DNA of 64,000 nucleotides from an uncultured Pseudobdellovibrionaceae bacterium (GTDB lineage Bacteria; Bdellovibrionota; FAC87; UBA2466): NCBI GenBank assembly GCA_964492125.1, contig CAZBJE010000003.1, positions 27,788 to 91,787 of the forward strand, read 5' to 3'. Shown piece by piece: positions 60,702 to 64,000 of this stretch (position 1 is its first letter; each line of letters starts with the position of its first letter). The notes under the pieces were generated by a model. It saw only the letters and a program-made list of their open reading frames with translations, ran no database searches and was not told where the DNA came from. The position numbers and the translations under genes were made by a program.

Positions 60702-62608
60702 TGCGCTACGTCCGGGAAATTGACGGCTTACGCGCTGTTTCGGTGTTGGTGGTCCTGTTTTACCACGCCAAGTTTCTGCCCTTTGCGGGTGGATTTGTGG
60801 GGGTGGATGTCTTCTTTGTTATTAGCGGTTATTTGATCACAATGGGTATTTCGGAATCCATCCGAAAGGATACCTTTTCTTTGTCGGGTTTCTATTTGCG
60901 TCGCGCGCGCCGCTTGGCTCCTGCGCTCTTACCGGTCCTGCTTTTCTGCTTGGTTTGCTCTTGGTTTATCTTGATGCCCAATGCGTTGCGCGATCTGTCG
61001 CAGAGTCTTGCGGCCGTGGCGGTCTTTTCGTCCAATTTCCTGTTCTGGATTGAAACTGGCTATTTTGCTCCGGAACCAGCGGTGAAGGTTTTGATCCACA
61101 CCTGGAGTTTGGCAGTAGAAGAACAATTCTACCTTCTCTTTCCTTTCTGCTTGTTAGCGCTACGGGGACGATCTCGTCGGACCGCGTTTTTGGCGTTTGC
61201 CGCCGCTGCCGTTGTCAGTTTGGCTTGGGCTCAATGGGGTTCGACTCACCATGCTTCTGCCAACTTCTATTTGTTGCCATCGCGATGCTGGGAGTTGCTG
61301 GCTGGCGCTTGCCTGGCCTTGTTGCCCGTCCGGCGAAAACGTCTTTCTGTTTTGTGGGCCGAAGGGGCAAGTCTATTGGGCGCGGGCCTATTGGCGTACG
61401 CTGTTTTCTTTTTTAACCCAGCCACTCCTTACCCAAGTTTGTATACCGTGATTCCGGTGGTGGGAGCGATGCTGCTGATTGCATTTGCCCCTGATTCTGT
61501 CAGCGTGCGATGGGTTCTGAGTAGCCGCGCCATGGTGGGGTTAGGGCTGGTGAGTTATAGTACTTACCTTTGGCATCAGCCTCTGTTCGTCTTTTCTCGT
61601 TTGTCTAATGCGGGCGAGGTCTCGCTGGGTGCGTATCTTATTCTTATCGTCGCCAGTATCGTGGTAGGGGCATTGAGCTGGAAGTACGTCGAGCAGCCGG
61701 TCCGACACGGCGGTATTTCTAATCAACGCTTTGTTCAGCTGGCGACGGGCTTGAGTGTGGTGCTTTTTTGCTTGGGAATGATCGGCCACCATTTTCGCGG
61801 CTTTCCGGAGCGGTTAACAGCAGATCAGCGCGCGATTATGGAATATGAAAACTTCGACATTGATAAGGCTTATGGGGACGGCCGTTGTTTTCTCAATGGC
61901 GCCAATCAATACCCGCATTTTTCTCCGGAGTGTCTAGGTGATTCCCAAGACAAAACACGCTGGCGGGTTTTGGTTTGGGGCGATTCCTTTTCCGCACACC
62001 TGCGCGAGGGGCTCGATAAACTGCACCCGCAATTGAATCTCGCCCAGTTCTCCACTGTTTGTCCGCCGATTTTCGGCGTGGAGAGCTACCGCGAAACGGC
62101 CTGCCGGGAATTTGATACCTTTGTGCTGGACCAAGTGACCCGTTTTGCTCCCAATCAAATTGTTTTGGCTGCCAATTGGGTCGCGCACCCGGACCAGAGA
62201 GAGCGTCTGGAATCCACTCTTGCGCGCATTCGGTTGGTCGCACCAGGCGCTCAGGTGCTTTTGGTGGGTAACCTGCCGCGTTACTACCCGTCCTTGCCGT
62301 CTCAAATTGTGGAAGCCGGCCAGGGGCCTCACGCGGCGAGTACCGTTCACGCTCATTTAGACAGTGTTCGGAGTGAGGATGGCATTCTGCGGACGATTGC
62401 GGAGCGCGCTGGCGTGGTTTTTGTCGACGTAATCAATGCGATCTGCCGTGAAAACCAGTGTCCTGGGATGGTGCGTTGGCAAGAAGGTTTCCAACCCTAC
62501 TCCTGGGATTTTGGGCACCTGACCGCCGCCGGGTCTGTTACTGTCGTGGAGCAATTGCCCTTAGGTCCAACGCGCCGAGCACTCACCACCCTTCCACCTC
62601 CGCGTTAA
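60698..62608 (+). CDS. Acyltransferase family 3 (OafA/YrhL-like) membrane O-acyltransferase fused to an SGNH-hydrolase-like domain.
   Basis: EIDGLRAVSVLVVLFYHAKF...VDVFFVISGYLIT signature, then a C-terminal VWGDSFSAH block. ATGA overlap with the GT4 gene. Confidence 0.8.
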   Translation: MMRYVREIDGLRAVSVLVVLFYHAKFLPFAGGFVGVDVFFVISGYLITMGISESIRKDTFSLSGFYLRRARRLAPALLPVLLFCLVCSWFILMPNALRDLSQSLAAVAVFSSNFLFWIETGYFAPEPAVKVLIHTWSLAVEEQFYLLFPFCLLALRGRSRRTAFLAFAAAAVVSLAWAQWGSTHHASANFYLLPSRCWELLAGACLALLPVRRKRLSVLWAEGASLLGAGLLAYAVFFFNPATPYPSLYTVIPVVGAMLLIAFAPDSVSVRWVLSSRAMVGLGLVSYSTYLWHQPLFVFSRLSNAGEVSLGAYLILIVASIVVGALSWKYVEQPVRHGGISNQRFVQLATGLSVVLFCLGMIGHHFRGFPERLTADQRAIMEYENFDIDKAYGDGRCFLNGANQYPHFSPECLGDSQDKTRWRVLVWGDSFSAHLREGLDKLHPQLNLAQFSTVCPPIFGVESYRETACREFDTFVLDQVTRFAPNQIVLAANWVAHPDQRERLESTLARIRLVAPGAQVLLVGNLPRYYPSLPSQIVEAGQGPHAASTVHAHLDSVRSEDGILRTIAERAGVVFVDVINAICRENQCPGMVRWQEGFQPYSWDFGHLTAAGSVTVVEQLPLGPTRRALTTLPPPR

Positions 62609-62627
62609 TTCAAGTATTCTCTATATA

Positions 62628-63923
62628 ATGCCCGCGCTCATCCTCTGGCTGGTTTTATTTAGCGCGAATGCTTTCGCGGATATTCAGTTCACCGAGCTTC
62701 TTAGCAACTTCACCGCCGGCTCCACTTTTTCCCCACAAGAAAGCGTTGGTTTGCAGGCAATCGGGAAGAATGCCGCTGACGCTTTCGTGGGACGAGAAAT
62801 CCCCACCTTCTATTTTTCCCCCGAACGAGAAGCGGAGCTCAAGGCACTCAAAAGCGAGATACTCAAACAGGTCGATGTAAAGGTACTGCCGCAGCCTTTT
62901 TGGGAATCTGTTTTAACTCTTTCGTTAGTGCTAGCCAAAGGCGCACAACCCGGCGCGAAAGTGACCGAGTACCTGCAAGCGCGTGCAGGGCGTAAATTTC
63001 ACCCGGCGATCAACTGGGAACCCAACTTTGTAGTGAGTTTAGATATAGCTCTTTCTAGTCTGGCGCACTGGTTCGATCGTTTTGTTGAACGCCATTCAAC
63101 GGGCACTCCTCAGTCTCTAAATAACCCTCAAATCGCGCGCATCCAAAAATTGATTAGTAAATTGGAAGAGTGGACACTCGCCATTCAACCGCACCTGCTC
63201 ACAGAGTACCAGCATGCTCGAGATAACCATGAGCGCCGACACCCGTCCGCTGTACCCAATTCCACCCTGCTCTCGCCCACGGCCTTTGGGGCGAGTTGGG
63301 GCGATGTATTCGTGGCCGGGGGATTGCAAAGCCGCCCTCGCTATAGCGATGCAATCGACGGAACGGGGAGCGTCGGACTTGGGCTGGGTGATGCCCGCAA
63401 GTTGTTGGGCCTGGAAGTATCGTACACGATGTACGTTCTCAAGCAGCTATTCCCTTGGCAGTCTCCAGGAGGCTTAAACGTCAAACTGCACCGGATTCTG
63501 CCCAATGGATTTGCGGCCGCCGTCGGCGTTGCTAGCTTGCTTCAATGGAAAACCGGTAGGAGCGGTCGATCGTTTTTTGGGGTTGTGTCGAAAGTATTCG
63601 TTCGTTCTTGGAACAATAGTGATTTTGGCAGCCAGCTATTTTTGCATTTAGGAGTCGGGGATGGCGTTTACCAAACCACTTCCGCTCTATTGGCAGGTGA
63701 AAACAAACTCAGTGTCTTCGCTAGTGCGTCGCTTCGTCTGGTACGGGGCGCTTCATTGACCGTGAACTGGTATGGTTCGGATTTGGGGGTAGGGATTTCA
63801 TTGGCCCCATGGAATGCTCACCGCTTTACCGTTACGCCTATGGCACAAGATCTACTGGGTGTTTCTGGTAACGGCCCCCGCCTAGCGTTGGCACTGGCGT
63901 GGTCGGAGAACCTATTAGAATGA
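62628..63923 (+). CDS. Hypothetical secreted protein (431 aa).
   Basis: Signal peptide MPALILWLVLFSANAFA. No family recognised. Confidence 0.45.
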   Translation: MPALILWLVLFSANAFADIQFTELLSNFTAGSTFSPQESVGLQAIGKNAADAFVGREIPTFYFSPEREAELKALKSEILKQVDVKVLPQPFWESVLTLSLVLAKGAQPGAKVTEYLQARAGRKFHPAINWEPNFVVSLDIALSSLAHWFDRFVERHSTGTPQSLNNPQIARIQKLISKLEEWTLAIQPHLLTEYQHARDNHERRHPSAVPNSTLLSPTAFGASWGDVFVAGGLQSRPRYSDAIDGTGSVGLGLGDARKLLGLEVSYTMYVLKQLFPWQSPGGLNVKLHRILPNGFAAAVGVASLLQWKTGRSGRSFFGVVSKVFVRSWNNSDFGSQLFLHLGVGDGVYQTTSALLAGENKLSVFASASLRLVRGASLTVNWYGSDLGVGISLAPWNAHRFTVTPMAQDLLGVSGNGPRLALALAWSENLLE

Positions 63924-64000
63924 AGATCGGAATCAATGCCCATAGCATTGGTTTTACCGCCGATTTTCGTCGGTCTGGAACCAGTCGCTATGCCGATAAC
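63920..64000 (+). CDS. 5' end of a further CDS (MKIGINAHSIGF...), truncated by the window end. ATGA overlap with the previous gene.
   Basis: ATG overlapping the upstream stop. Only 27 codons visible. Confidence 0.25.
   Translation, partial: MKIGINAHSIGFTADFRRSGTSRYADN

Overview
This is a 64 kb high-GC bacterial chromosomal segment (about 57-60% GC judged by eye, not computed). Genes are densely packed on both strands. I found no rRNA, tRNA, CRISPR array, integrase or transposase.

About a third of the genes are recognisable housekeeping genes: a 3'-truncated rnd at the window edge, cutA, xthA, purE-purK, tsaC/sua5, maf, leuS, pckA and a standalone rpsR. There is also a set of envelope and signalling genes: an Slt lytic transglycosylase, a PhoD-like phosphatase, two MFS transporters, a FecR-like protein next to a CHASE2 class-III nucleotidyl cyclase, and a periplasmic binding protein next to a hybrid histidine kinase.

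The remaining genes are lineage-specific and nearly all carry signal peptides or lipoboxes. They include three trypsin-like S1 proteases, Pro/Cys-rich secreted proteins, a 1878-aa Ig-like tandem-repeat surface protein, and an OMP / 946-aa lipoprotein / membrane-anchor operon.

The most unusual stretch is roughly 49-60 kb. It contains an ATP-grasp ligase, a signal-peptide kinase-like protein, three secreted hypothetical proteins, and a 1421-aa protein with tandem CbbX/SpoVK-type AAA+ domains and a Sec-like N-terminus. This block is bracketed by two directly repeated copies of a conserved ~65-nt element with a palindromic core (CATAAG-N4-CTTATG). Each copy lies ~125-130 nt upstream of a plus-strand gene (the kinase-like gene and a GT4 glycosyltransferase). 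The enclosed genes look modestly lower in GC by eye.

The ORF tool prints M at non-ATG starts, so several starts were re-placed by codon arithmetic.
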